Positions 18,299-28,314 are shown, counted from the first letter of the stretch. The stretch: 64,000 bases of DNA from Pseudomonadota bacterium (GCA_039814715.1 JBCCAR010000001.1:11692-75691), one strand, 5' to 3'. Translations and numbers: made by a program. The notes: generated from the letters alone by a model not told the origin.

Positions 18299-21200
18299 TG
18301 ACCACTCAAACTGCCCCCTTGATTGCATTGAAGACCGCAGCGAAGACAGCCCTAGCAACTCTGCTTGCAATTCTGGCTGTTGGTATTGGCGTGTTGCTGC
18401 CGGCGCTGGCTTACCTTTCTTCAGGGTCAGGCAAGGTATGGCTGACCAAGACAATCGACTCTATCGACGGCGTGTCCCTTAATGCCATTTCAGGGCAATT
18501 GCTGGGCGATTTGACGCTTACGGGGCTCGCGCTGGAGGACGAAGACGGTGTCTGGCTCAGTATTCAGTCCATTGATGTTGACTGGCAGCCAGCAGCGCTC
18601 CTGAGGCGGCAAGTCGCCGTCGACTTCGTTTCAATTTCAAAAATAGAGGTCTTCCGCGCGCCTCAATATGCCCCTGCTGAAACCGACGCTGAGCCACTCG
18701 CGCTCGCAGATATCACCGATATTCCAGTTAGTATCTCCATCGTCAACCTCATCGCAGACGAGATACTTTGGAGACCAGGACAAGAAGGAGCAGAGACATT
18801 CAGCTTTGCAGCCCGCGCTGCGTTAGAGCGCCGCCAGTCACTCTATACTGTCGCCGCGCTGGCGCCGGTCCGCAGCGATAGGATTGATGACGAAATCAAC
18901 GCCGACATCCTTATTAATACACGTGATATGTCAGGCGATGTAACGCTCACGCTGACTGCTGCAAAAGATGGCCTGATCGCTGCACTCGCCCGATTGCCAG
19001 ACCGCACGACAGCCCAGCTCGATGCAGCCGGTGACATAGAGACTTGGAACGCTGCCATGAATGCCATCGTCGGCGGCAAGCCCGTGGTTCAATTAAAGGC
19101 TGAATACGCAGCGCCGCGCGGCACCTTGATCGGGAGCCTTGATCCATCCCCCTTCGTTTCCGACGGCACAGCAGATGCGTTAAGCGAGCCGCTTATGACG
19201 AACATCCAATTTGAGGCGAAAGGCAATCAGCGCGCGGCAATCACCGGGTCTATCGCAAACCAGTTCGTAGATTTAAACTTAGACGGCGTTGGACGCAATT
19301 TAGATGGCATTCTTGAGGGAGAAGACTTTAGGCTCAAGCTTACGTCCAATGGCGTCGCAGGGCCTGCGACACTCGATACGTTCGCTGTCGAAGCCCTGAT
19401 CAACGGCGACACCGCTAAGCCAGATGTACGCTATAGCATTAGTGCAAGGGCTATTGCCGCTGATACGATTACGATCACCGAGCCACGTGTAAGTGGCCAG
19501 TTGAATGCCGTAGGCGATGGTCTATCGACCTCATTTGCCGGCGCGGTCAAAGAGGTTGCTGGCATCGATGCAGTGTCGCCAGAGGTATTGCGGGGACTCT
19601 CCTTTGAAGGCCAAGCTGCGCAAAAAAGCACAGGTCTCTCCGCAAAGCTGAGCGCCGCGACAGACGTGCTTCGCTTTGTGCTAACCGACCTTAAGCAAGA
19701 CAAAGAGGGCACGCTGACCGCGCGGGGCACTCTCGCCGCGAAGACCCTCGTAGCACTGCCAGGCGCACTACCTGCTGGGCTAAAGGCAAAAGCGGTTGTT
19801 ACCTTTACGCAGGATGGCCAAATGTCTGCCAACGCAGGTGGCGAATTAACAGTCCACCAAGCAGGCGCGCATTGGGCCAGCCGCTTAGCAAGCAAAACCC
19901 TCACCTTCGATATTGATGCAGCGATGCAGGACGGTTTTATCCGCGTTTCAGAGCTGGAAATGACATCTGATAAGCTGCAAGTCACCGGCCAAGCCTCCCT
20001 CAGTGAGACGCGCATCGACAGCAGCATCAAGGCAACGCTGCAGCCAAGCGCGTTTGCGGACCTAGCGGGCACGCCAATCAACCGTCCCGCTGAAATAAAC
20101 CTCAACCTTTCTGGTCCCATCGATCAGGCCTTACCAATAGGGCGCATCGAAATACCGGCCATTGCCGCTTCGGGACTAGAGTTCCGTGATCTTGATTTCA
20201 CCTTGGAAAAGGGCGAAGACGCTGGCGCTATCAAAATTGCTTTAACCGGACGATCAAGCGGTGGGCCAGCGCTGCTGGAAGGGATCGTTTCGAGACCTGG
20301 CGATGGCATGCTACTTGTAAGAGACGTGGCGGCAAAAATTGCTAACCTCACGCTGACTGCCAACGCAGCCATTCCAATCGAAACAGACGGCGACGTGTCC
20401 GGCAGCGTGACCAGTTCGCTTTATCCAGCCGCCAACGGCACCGGCGGATTATTTGGTGTTTCGGGCCGGTTTGATCTTGTCGCGAAGATAGACCCCCAGC
20501 AGCCCGGCATGCTGTCCATGGCTGGTGAAGGCCCGATCATTCGCTACGGCGATGACGATGAAAGCGTCGTGTCTTTAAGTGATGTCAATCTGCTTGCTTC
20601 AGCGAACCTTAAAGCCCCCGATCTTGCTCCGACCGGAACGCTTACCGCAAAAGCGATTGAAGCAGGGGGACTGTTTATTGATGCGCTCACTGCCCAAGTC
20701 TCCATAAAGGAGCAGCGCCCTCACTTTTCGGTCCTGGTGAGCCAAAGCGGCGCGCAGCCAACGAACTTGACAGTGGGCGGCACGGTGACGACGGCGGCGC
20801 AAGCGACGACGATCATAGCCGAGCTGGGCGGGATATTTGGCGGGGCAACTGTCAGCGCGGCCTCCCCCCTCGAAATCAGTGTGTTGCAAAATGGTGTGAC
20901 GCTGAACCCCGCTGAAATCACCATTGGTGATGGACGTATTTCCCTTGCAGCCAGCCAGACGCAAGACGCTTTAAAAGCGAACATTGAAGTGGACACGTTT
21001 GACATTGCAGTAATATCGCATTTTCTGCAGCGCGAAGTCATCGACGGGACGCTGGACGCCAATGCGAGCATCGTTTCAAGCACAGCAGAACAGAACGTGG
21101 CAGCCAACTTCACGCTAGCGGGCCTTCGCACACCATCACGAACAGCTGCAGATATTGGGCTTGCCGGAAAAGTGCAGACAGCAAATGGGCGCATAAACAC

Positions 21201-22620
21201 GCAAATCACGGCTGGGCAATCAGAAACACCACAAGAATTTAATGTCAAAGCCTCCGTTCCAATCGAATGGAGGGCTGCGCCTGGGCTGCCTGCGGTACTG
21301 CTAAAAAGCCCGCTTGAGGGGCGTGTTGATATCGATACCCGGCTTGGGCCATGGTGGGCTTTGGCGGCATTGCGCGATCAGACCCTAGCAGGCACACTCG
21401 CAGCCGAAATTGATCTTTCCGGCACTCTAGAGCGCCCACTCTTAGACGGACAAATCAGTCTAGAGAATGGCGCCTATGAGCATTTAGAGTATGGCAGCAC
21501 GCTCAAAGCTCTGACCGCAGACATTGGTCTAAGCGGCGAAGACCTTCAGATTAAGACACTAACGGCGAACGATGGACGCTCTGGGACTTTAAACGGCGTT
21601 GGCGGACTGTCTCTCGCGACGCTCGAACCCTCAGGCGCAGCGATTACGCTCAATGACTTTCAAGTTCTGGCCCAAAACGATTTGAGCGCGCGCATATCAG
21701 CGAATCTTGACCTCGCGAAAGCGGCGGATCAATTGATGCTAGAAGGCGATGTGACCATTGAAGAGGCGCGCTACGCGATCAACACGGGCGGCGCAGCCAC
21801 TGTGGCAACTTTGCCAATTGAAGAAGTAAACAGCGCGTTTCTAAGCGGGGCAGCAACAGCTGATGTGGTTGTCCCAAAACAAGTGCCCAAAAACGCTGCA
21901 GCATCGAGCACACCATTGGCACTGGATATCAATGTCAAAGCACCCCGGCGCATCTTCGTCACTGGGATGGGCTTAACCAGTGAATGGCGAACAACTCTCG
22001 ATATTGAAGGGCCCGCGGATGCGCCTGAGATTAAGGGCCAGGTTCAAGTCGTGCGCGGCGAACTTGAGTTTGCCGGAAAACGCTTCAACATTGAGCGCGG
22101 CCAAATCTATCTTGATGGCGGAACGGAGGTCGAGCCGCGGTTAGATATTCTAGCGCAAAATACCCAAGGTGATTTTACCGCCAACATTGGCATCACTGGC
22201 ACCCCGTCAAGCCCTGAGATATCCCTCTCGTCAAACCCCTCGTTGCCGGATGATGAAATCCTCTCAAGGATTTTGTTCGGCACCTCTGCGACCGACTTAA
22301 GTGCACTCGAAGCTGTCCAGCTCGGCAGCGCGGTCGCTGCTCTCTCAGGCGGCGGCGGCGGCGCGCTGGATATTGCTGGCAAAGCGCGTTCGCTAACAGG
22401 GCTCGATAGGCTGTCGCTGGGATCGGCCGATAGTAGCACTGCGATCACGGGCGGCAAATACTTGTCAGAAGACCTCTATCTACAGTTCACAACGGACCCA
22501 AGCACCGGCCAATATCTGGCAGCAATCGAATGGTATCTCACGCGGTCATTAAGTCTTTTATCTGAATACGGCCCCCAAACAGGCAGCAACGTGGCCGGCC
22601 GTTGGTCGAAGACGTATTGA
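18298..22620 (+). CDS. tamB: translocation and assembly module inner-membrane protein TamB (DUF490)
   Basis: 1440 aa with an N-terminal TM anchor and long beta-rich repeats. C-terminal DUF490 region (ITGTPSSPEISLSSNPSLPDDEILSRILFG...YLSEDLYLQF). Confidence 0.85.
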   Translation: MTTQTAPLIALKTAAKTALATLLAILAVGIGVLLPALAYLSSGSGKVWLTKTIDSIDGVSLNAISGQLLGDLTLTGLALEDEDGVWLSIQSIDVDWQPAALLRRQVAVDFVSISKIEVFRAPQYAPAETDAEPLALADITDIPVSISIVNLIADEILWRPGQEGAETFSFAARAALERRQSLYTVAALAPVRSDRIDDEINADILINTRDMSGDVTLTLTAAKDGLIAALARLPDRTTAQLDAAGDIETWNAAMNAIVGGKPVVQLKAEYAAPRGTLIGSLDPSPFVSDGTADALSEPLMTNIQFEAKGNQRAAITGSIANQFVDLNLDGVGRNLDGILEGEDFRLKLTSNGVAGPATLDTFAVEALINGDTAKPDVRYSISARAIAADTITITEPRVSGQLNAVGDGLSTSFAGAVKEVAGIDAVSPEVLRGLSFEGQAAQKSTGLSAKLSAATDVLRFVLTDLKQDKEGTLTARGTLAAKTLVALPGALPAGLKAKAVVTFTQDGQMSANAGGELTVHQAGAHWASRLASKTLTFDIDAAMQDGFIRVSELEMTSDKLQVTGQASLSETRIDSSIKATLQPSAFADLAGTPINRPAEINLNLSGPIDQALPIGRIEIPAIAASGLEFRDLDFTLEKGEDAGAIKIALTGRSSGGPALLEGIVSRPGDGMLLVRDVAAKIANLTLTANAAIPIETDGDVSGSVTSSLYPAANGTGGLFGVSGRFDLVAKIDPQQPGMLSMAGEGPIIRYGDDDESVVSLSDVNLLASANLKAPDLAPTGTLTAKAIEAGGLFIDALTAQVSIKEQRPHFSVLVSQSGAQPTNLTVGGTVTTAAQATTIIAELGGIFGGATVSAASPLEISVLQNGVTLNPAEITIGDGRISLAASQTQDALKANIEVDTFDIAVISHFLQREVIDGTLDANASIVSSTAEQNVAANFTLAGLRTPSRTAADIGLAGKVQTANGRINTQITAGQSETPQEFNVKASVPIEWRAAPGLPAVLLKSPLEGRVDIDTRLGPWWALAALRDQTLAGTLAAEIDLSGTLERPLLDGQISLENGAYEHLEYGSTLKALTADIGLSGEDLQIKTLTANDGRSGTLNGVGGLSLATLEPSGAAITLNDFQVLAQNDLSARISANLDLAKAADQLMLEGDVTIEEARYAINTGGAATVATLPIEEVNSAFLSGAATADVVVPKQVPKNAAASSTPLALDINVKAPRRIFVTGMGLTSEWRTTLDIEGPADAPEIKGQVQVVRGELEFAGKRFNIERGQIYLDGGTEVEPRLDILAQNTQGDFTANIGITGTPSSPEISLSSNPSLPDDEILSRILFGTSATDLSALEAVQLGSAVAALSGGGGGALDIAGKARSLTGLDRLSLGSADSSTAITGGKYLSEDLYLQFTTDPSTGQYLAAIEWYLTRSLSLLSEYGPQTGSNVAGRWSKTY

Positions 22621-22831
22621 CGAAACGGCCCAGATATAATACGCCATCTGTCATAAAAATGTAATATTACTACGAAGGATTTGTAGCCGCCCGTACGCTT
22701 TAAGAAGCGGCGAAGGCGCCAGAACAGACGCTTTATGACGTAAGTCGCTCTTGTCTAAGACAACGCAGCAACAGCTCTATAGTTGGCGTCAATACGACAA
22801 ATCGCGAATATAAAAAGGATGGCATAGGCCG

Positions 22832-24334
22832 GTGCTAAAAGAATACCAAATCGATGCGGAGACGTTTAAAACCCTCGAGACTAGAAAGCCTGGGAAAGCA
22901 AGGCTTCATGTAACCGGAGCGCTTGCACTCACGCAGATTAGCGTTCTTGACAGCATTGATGGACGGGCTCTGGGCGCAGGACTTATATTGCTTTGGCAGC
23001 CTACCATCGGGCGCGCTGGGCAGTTCTGCGTCCGCAAGACAAAGACTGGCGAACGACTGGTCGTCCTGCCGCTCAAAACGCCGCCCCAGACGCTTGGCGA
23101 TTTGCCCGCGACCCTTTTGGGCGGCGCTCTTCATGACGCGCTTGATGGGCGCGCGTTGATTTGCCTCCATCATCTCAAAGTGCAGCTGAAGACGATGAAC
23201 CTGGTTGTCAAAAATCAGACCATCGCAGACGCTGTGTGCGCGCTTGAAGGAGATGGCAAACGCGCATGGATGTGGGTTGATCCGCGCAAGGGGTTTGAAA
23301 ACGCCGCCTCATCAGCTCTAAAACCGATCGGCAATGCAAAGGCTAAAATGCCAGCCTTTTCCGGCGTCCTTGACCACGCCAGCAAGGCGGCGCAGCTCAA
23401 TAGCAAAGGGTTCCCTACCCTCACGGCGTCGCAGCCAGCCGCGCAGGCAATTCAGCTCCTCCATGAAACGCTGCTCGCGCAGATGACCTCTCAGGTTGAT
23501 GGAACCTGCAAAGACTTGGACATCGAATTCTTGCACGATTTGCGCGTGGCAAGCCGGCGGGCTCGGTCATTATTGCAGACAGTCAAAACGGTCTTGTCTG
23601 AAGAGGCGCAAGCTTATGGCATTGAAAGATACCGCTGGCTTGGGCAAGAAACGACGGCGCTGCGGGACTTAGACGTTTATTTATATGATTACCCGGCCTT
23701 GCAAGAAGCGTTGTCGCCGGAAATGCGCATAGCGCTGGAACCCTTCCGCCTCCTCTTGGAAACCGAACGCAAACGCGCTTTCAGCCGTGTGAAAACGGTC
23801 TTAAAATCGCGCGCCTTTTCGCAGTTCGCTCAAAGCTGGGGTGACAAACTGGCCGCCGATGAAAGCTATCAAGGCAAGGACGCTGGGCAACCCATCGGAG
23901 CCATTGCAGCCAAAGCAATTTGGAAGCGATATGGCCGCATCTGCGCCGATGGTCAGGCGATTACGGATGATACACCAGCCGAAGCCCTTCACGACCTGCG
24001 CAAGCAAGGCAAGAAACTACGCTATCTGCTGGAGTTCTTCGCAAGCCTTTACCCTGCAGCTCAAATCAAGCCGCGGATCGGCTCGCTGAAAAAGCTCCAG
24101 GACCTATTGGGCGCGTATCAAGACTGCGCTGTGCAAGCAGCGTTCTTGGAAGATAAGGCAGCCAAACTTCGTAAAGATGTGTCTGTTCCGGCAGAAACTC
24201 TTATGGCGATGGGCGCGCTTGCAGACCAACGTTTGCAAGATGAAAAACGTCTGCGGAGAGATTTTCAGGCGTTTTTCAAGCCCTTTGCCAGTGCACCAGA
24301 GCGTGCCGGCTACAAGGGGATGTTGAACCTCTAG
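22832..24334 (+). CDS. CHAD domain-containing protein with an uncharacterised N-terminal domain
   Basis: CHAD helical repeats with LHDLRVASRRARSLLQ and LHDLRKQGKKLRYLLEFF. The N-terminal approximately 195 aa lack the CYTH EXEXK signature. GTG start. Confidence 0.85.
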   Translation: MLKEYQIDAETFKTLETRKPGKARLHVTGALALTQISVLDSIDGRALGAGLILLWQPTIGRAGQFCVRKTKTGERLVVLPLKTPPQTLGDLPATLLGGALHDALDGRALICLHHLKVQLKTMNLVVKNQTIADAVCALEGDGKRAWMWVDPRKGFENAASSALKPIGNAKAKMPAFSGVLDHASKAAQLNSKGFPTLTASQPAAQAIQLLHETLLAQMTSQVDGTCKDLDIEFLHDLRVASRRARSLLQTVKTVLSEEAQAYGIERYRWLGQETTALRDLDVYLYDYPALQEALSPEMRIALEPFRLLLETERKRAFSRVKTVLKSRAFSQFAQSWGDKLAADESYQGKDAGQPIGAIAAKAIWKRYGRICADGQAITDDTPAEALHDLRKQGKKLRYLLEFFASLYPAAQIKPRIGSLKKLQDLLGAYQDCAVQAAFLEDKAAKLRKDVSVPAETLMAMGALADQRLQDEKRLRRDFQAFFKPFASAPERAGYKGMLNL

Positions 24335-24362
24335 TCACAACTCTAAGAACCACAAATAAAAG

Positions 24363-25124
24363 GTGGCAATGATGTACGTTTTTGCATTTTACAATTTAAA
24401 GGGCGGCGTTGGCAAAACGACGACAGCCGTAAACATAACGCATGTGGCGTCCCTCATGGGCACGCGCAGTTTAATCTGGGACCTAGACCCGCAAGGGGCT
24501 TCGACCTTTTATTTCGGCCGAAAGGCGAAGGTAAAAGGCGGCGTTGAGCGTCTGATGACCCGCGACAATGCCCTCCAAAAAGCCATTAAAGGGACAGATT
24601 ATCCCAATTTAGATCTGCTACCCGCAGATTTTAGCTATCGGCATTTCGATGATGTGCTGGAAGAATTCAAGTCGACGAAGCAGCTCGGCAAAATGTCGAA
24701 GACGCTGAAAAAAGACTATGACGTCATGTTCTTAGATTGCCCGCCATCCTTGTCCCATCTGTCTGAAAACGTGATGCGAGCAGCGGATGTTTTGATCATG
24801 CCCATGCTACCCACAACGCTATCGCTGCGGACTTATGAGCAAGTGAGCGAGTTTTTGCAAGACGTGAAGAAACCGCCGCTGCTCCTGCCGTTCTTTTCCA
24901 TGGTTGACAGGCGCAAATCCATGCACCGCGACGTTGTGAACGGGTTCCCCAAAGAACATCCCAACGCCCTATCGACCATTGTTCCCTATTCCAGTATTTT
25001 GGAAAAAATGGGCCTAACCCGCGCGCCTGTGACGGCCACAGCGCCGAAATCGACTATCTCAGTGGCCTATCATAGCCTATGGCAAGATATTCAAGACGCA
25101 TTTGCAAGGCACAAACGCAAGTAG
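24363..25124 (+). CDS. orphan ParA/MinD-family P-loop ATPase
   Basis: Deviant Walker A NLKGGVGKTTTA, then DLDPQG and FLDCPPS (Walker B region). No parB nearby. Alternative ATG at 24369. Confidence 0.9.
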   Translation: MAMMYVFAFYNLKGGVGKTTTAVNITHVASLMGTRSLIWDLDPQGASTFYFGRKAKVKGGVERLMTRDNALQKAIKGTDYPNLDLLPADFSYRHFDDVLEEFKSTKQLGKMSKTLKKDYDVMFLDCPPSLSHLSENVMRAADVLIMPMLPTTLSLRTYEQVSEFLQDVKKPPLLLPFFSMVDRRKSMHRDVVNGFPKEHPNALSTIVPYSSILEKMGLTRAPVTATAPKSTISVAYHSLWQDIQDAFARHKRK

Positions 25125-25129
25125 CGCGC

Positions 25130-25621
25130 TCATGGCTGCTGCAACAATGCCTCATAAGTGACGCCCCAGCCTTTGAACGGCGCGTCTAACAATGCGGCAT
25201 TAAAGAAGCGCGGGTCTTGCGTCACTTCGCGGCCGAGCCATGACGGCGTATTAAAAGGTGTATCCGGGCCGGGCAATTCAATCTCGGCCACGATCAGCCC
25301 CGTATTGTCGCCGGAAAAGACATCGACTTCCCAGCTAAGGTCGCCTTGCGGCAGCCGGTGGCGCACTTTCTCTATGCGCGTTTTGCAAACTGAATGGAGT
25401 AGTGGTTCACCATCTTCTGCAGCAATAGCCCACTCAAACTCCTGCCGCGCAATACCAACAGATGGCCCTTTGACCGTCAATTTATAGCCGCTGCCGTCAT
25501 AGCGGACCCGCACGGTGCAGCCATCTTCTCGCGCGATATACCCTTGGACCAGTGTTTTGGCATCTGGGTCCGCGGGAAAAGGGCCCTGCACCAAAAATTT
25601 GCGCTCAATCTCAATTCCCAT
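25130..25621 (-). CDS. CYTH domain protein (triphosphate tunnel metalloenzyme family)
   Basis: N-terminal EIERKFLV (the EXEXK motif), VRVR, KLTVKG and VAEIEL strand pattern. 163 aa. Confidence 0.85.
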   Translation of the reverse strand: MGIEIERKFLVQGPFPADPDAKTLVQGYIAREDGCTVRVRYDGSGYKLTVKGPSVGIARQEFEWAIAAEDGEPLLHSVCKTRIEKVRHRLPQGDLSWEVDVFSGDNTGLIVAEIELPGPDTPFNTPSWLGREVTQDPRFFNAALLDAPFKGWGVTYEALLQQP

Positions 25622-25767
25622 GGCGACGCTCGCTTCCCCTTGACCTTACACCACGGCTTAAAAAATCTGATGAGACACGTCAATATTACGTATTTTCCTA
25701 TTTTGTTCTTGCGTCACGTCCCGATAGCCGCCATAAATAGGAACATTAGGGAACAAATGAGGGTGAT

Positions 25768-25959
25768 ATGACGTTTTTCGACATCGGTTTTTTGATTGCT
25801 TTCGTTTGTGGCAGCACTGTGTTTTGTGTGATCGGTTTTCGCCAAGTGTTTTCAGATATTGAGGCCTGGCATCTGGCCCGTGAGCCGCAGCCGGTTGAAG
25901 GAACGATGCGAAATGATCTCGTGACTGCTTCGATCAAGCGTTACGCGCTCACACGGTAG
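25768..25959 (+). CDS. hypothetical small membrane protein
   Basis: GAGGG Shine-Dalgarno lies 6 nt before the ATG. One N-terminal TM helix (FFDIGFLIAFVCGSTVFCVIGF). 63 aa, no family recognised. Confidence 0.3.
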   Translation: MTFFDIGFLIAFVCGSTVFCVIGFRQVFSDIEAWHLAREPQPVEGTMRNDLVTASIKRYALTR

Positions 25960-26071
25960 AAACACCGCTGGGAAAGCGCCAGCATGAGGCTTCAGGCAGA
26001 GTGTCATGTGAAAAGGATGCGGGCAGAGAACAGCCCAGGCACAGACTTTACAGCAGATCAGGCAGGTGTTT

Positions 26072-26821
26072 CTAACGCTGTATCTGAACGACGGCGCAGT
26101 ATTGTCCCTGCGCCTTAAGCCGATCGCATTGAGACAGAGCGGCATCTCTATTTTCATACCCTGCTGACACAAGACGGATGAATTTTCGCCCCGTGATGGT
26201 GTTCTCCCCCTTCATCTCATAAAAACTGCGGTCACTCAGTTCATCGGTAAACGCGTCTTCAAGGTTCTCAATCATCTCGGCAACATTTTCTGGCCGCGAT
26301 AGTGAGGCAAGATGCAGCCCATATTCGATAACGAGCTCAGGCTCTGCCATTGGTTCAGGACTTGGATTAGGGCGGGAGTTCGTGACCGTTTCAGAACCAG
26401 CAGGCTGCGTTTCCACCTCCCTTGGGTCTTTGGACGGCTCCACATCGGCAGGCTCCAAGATCTCCGGCTCATCGACCCGTCCCGGCGTTAACGCTGCAGT
26501 CTCCTCAGAACTTGGACTTTCATCAGGTCTGCGTGACTGTGGCTCGACCAAGGCCTCAATTTGCCTATTTGGCTCGACTTGCTCCTCAGAAACGGCAAAG
26601 GCATCTTTAAACACGCTGGCCGTTTGCTCTTTCAGTTTAAGCCTTTCCGCAGCGCTCGGTTGAACCCGCAAGCGCACACGCCCGGACTGCGCCAAGATAT
26701 CTTGCGACACTGCAACCTTATCTGGCGCTGCATCGCCGCGCGCGAAGGTTGCTGAGATGCTGATCCCAAGCAAAAACCCTGCAACGCAAAACACAGTATT
26801 TTGCAGATAAATATTCGCCAT
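26072..26821 (-). CDS. SPOR domain-containing protein
   Basis: N-terminal TM anchor, an acidic Pro/Glu-rich linker, and a C-terminal approximately 75-aa SPOR-like domain (YGLHLASLSRPENVAEM...IRLVSAGYENRDAALSQCDRLKAQGQYCAVV). Confidence 0.65.
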   Translation of the reverse strand: MANIYLQNTVFCVAGFLLGISISATFARGDAAPDKVAVSQDILAQSGRVRLRVQPSAAERLKLKEQTASVFKDAFAVSEEQVEPNRQIEALVEPQSRRPDESPSSEETAALTPGRVDEPEILEPADVEPSKDPREVETQPAGSETVTNSRPNPSPEPMAEPELVIEYGLHLASLSRPENVAEMIENLEDAFTDELSDRSFYEMKGENTITGRKFIRLVSAGYENRDAALSQCDRLKAQGQYCAVVQIQR

Positions 26822-26984
26822 TGCCGCCGCCGCTTATGGTTAACGCATGTATGAGCTTTTACGCTGCATTCGACAAGCCCCAAGCCTTCAATCAAAACCT
26901 TCTTTTCGAAGCAAAACCCGGCAACCTTTATCTCATTGCCGATTACCCCTATATTGGACTGGAACTATCAAAGAGATATAGGTC

Positions 26985-27518
26985 ATGGACGTCAAAACCT
27001 TATGCCTTGGCATCTTGTCGTTGGGTGAAGCGACTGGCTATGAAATTAAGAAGCTCGTCGCGGACGGCGCCTTTAGTTTTTTCAGCGAAGCAAGCTACGG
27101 CTCGATCTACCCAGCCCTTACAAAGCTGATGGAGGCTGGTTTGGTGACCTGCAGATCACAATCACAAGATGGACGGCCAGATAAAAAAATTTATTCCCTC
27201 ACAGCGGCGGGGGAGGCTGAGCTTAAAACAAATATTTTGCAAAGCCCTGGACCTGACAAACAGCGCTCTGAGTTCTTGGCCACTGTTCTGTTCTCAGAAG
27301 CTGTCTCGCCTGAGCGGTTAACGCTGCTGCTGGCAGAGCGAAAGCAATACCACAAGGAACGCATTGCAGCGCTAGAAGTCATGCAAGATGATGAGATGTC
27401 ACCAGCCGGGCGTTTCGTGATTGGCTATGGGCTGCATATTCAGCGCGCTGCCCTTGCGTTTTTAGAAGACGAAGGCGAAGCTTTGGCCGCGCTTTGTGTG
27501 CCTACTGCGGCGCACTAG
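26985..27518 (+). CDS. PadR family transcriptional regulator
   Basis: LCLGILSLGEATGYEIKKL...GSIYPALTKLMEAGLV...KKIYSLTAAGEAEL is a winged-helix PadR signature. Confidence 0.85.
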   Translation: MDVKTLCLGILSLGEATGYEIKKLVADGAFSFFSEASYGSIYPALTKLMEAGLVTCRSQSQDGRPDKKIYSLTAAGEAELKTNILQSPGPDKQRSEFLATVLFSEAVSPERLTLLLAERKQYHKERIAALEVMQDDEMSPAGRFVIGYGLHIQRAALAFLEDEGEALAALCVPTAAH

Positions 27519-28296
27519 GCGGCGGGCTATCATCGCCTTGAGCATCCAGCTCCTGCCACCCGCGCCGGACGCGCGCCATATGACGCCAACTGATGGGGAG
27601 CGAGGCAAGATAAGCTGCGGCGCAGACGGTCAACGTGATCCACGGAAACGTTGTCAAGCATGCCACAAAGACGCCCACTGACAAGAGCACACTCCATCGC
27701 ACGGAACGGCGGATACGCAGCGCTTTAAGCGAATAGGTCGGGATGTTTGAAATCATCAAAATACAAAGCGCGAAGGCATAGAGCGTTGTCAGCGCCGGCG
27801 TCCATAGGGCATCGCGTCCAGCCCAAAAAGCCATGTACATAGGTGCAAGCACAAGGCCCGCAGCGACCGGCGCAGGAACGCCAGTCAAAAAGCCAGCGCG
27901 CTTATAATCGTTATCCTCAGCATCGAGATTGGCATTAAAGCGCGCCAAACGCAGAGCGCAGGACACAGCAAATGCGAGCGCGAGTATCCACCCAATGCCG
28001 CCAACATCCTGCAGCGCCCAAACATATAATATGAGCGCTGGCGCCATGCCAAACGCAATCACGTCCGACAAAGAGTCCAGCGCTGCCCCGAACGCTGAGC
28101 TAGCCTTTAACGCCCGCGCTATAGCACCATCGACCCCATCAAATATCCCGGCCACAACGACAGCCAGGACTGCATTTTGCCAGTTTCCTTCCAGCGCAAA
28201 GCGAACACCCGTCAGCCCGGAACTGAGCGCCAATATGGTCACGCAGTTGGGAATGAGCATCCTAAGAGAAAGGCCGCGTTTTGGCGCCTCAGACAT
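27502..28296 (-). CDS. pssA: CDP-diacylglycerol--serine O-phosphatidyltransferase
   Basis: CDP-alcohol phosphatidyltransferase motif DGVDGAIARAL...GAALDSLSDVIAFG. Multi-TM protein downstream of psd. Confidence 0.9.
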   Translation of the reverse strand: MSEAPKRGLSLRMLIPNCVTILALSSGLTGVRFALEGNWQNAVLAVVVAGIFDGVDGAIARALKASSAFGAALDSLSDVIAFGMAPALILYVWALQDVGGIGWILALAFAVSCALRLARFNANLDAEDNDYKRAGFLTGVPAPVAAGLVLAPMYMAFWAGRDALWTPALTTLYAFALCILMISNIPTYSLKALRIRRSVRWSVLLSVGVFVACLTTFPWITLTVCAAAYLASLPISWRHMARVRRGWQELDAQGDDSPPPSAPQ

Positions 28297-28314
28297 GGCG
28301 TACTCCTGCCAGCA

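Noticed and set aside
19431-21248. 229-aa and 175-aa minus-strand ORFs inside tamB
   Set aside because: Antisense shadow ORFs within a gene supported by tamA synteny and a DUF490 C-terminus.
25960-26071. 9-bp inverted repeat AGAAACACC / GGTGTTTCT flanking the interval after the small TM ORF
   Set aside because: The arms are about 95 nt apart, with no supporting internal structure and no terminator-like T-run. It is likely coincidental.
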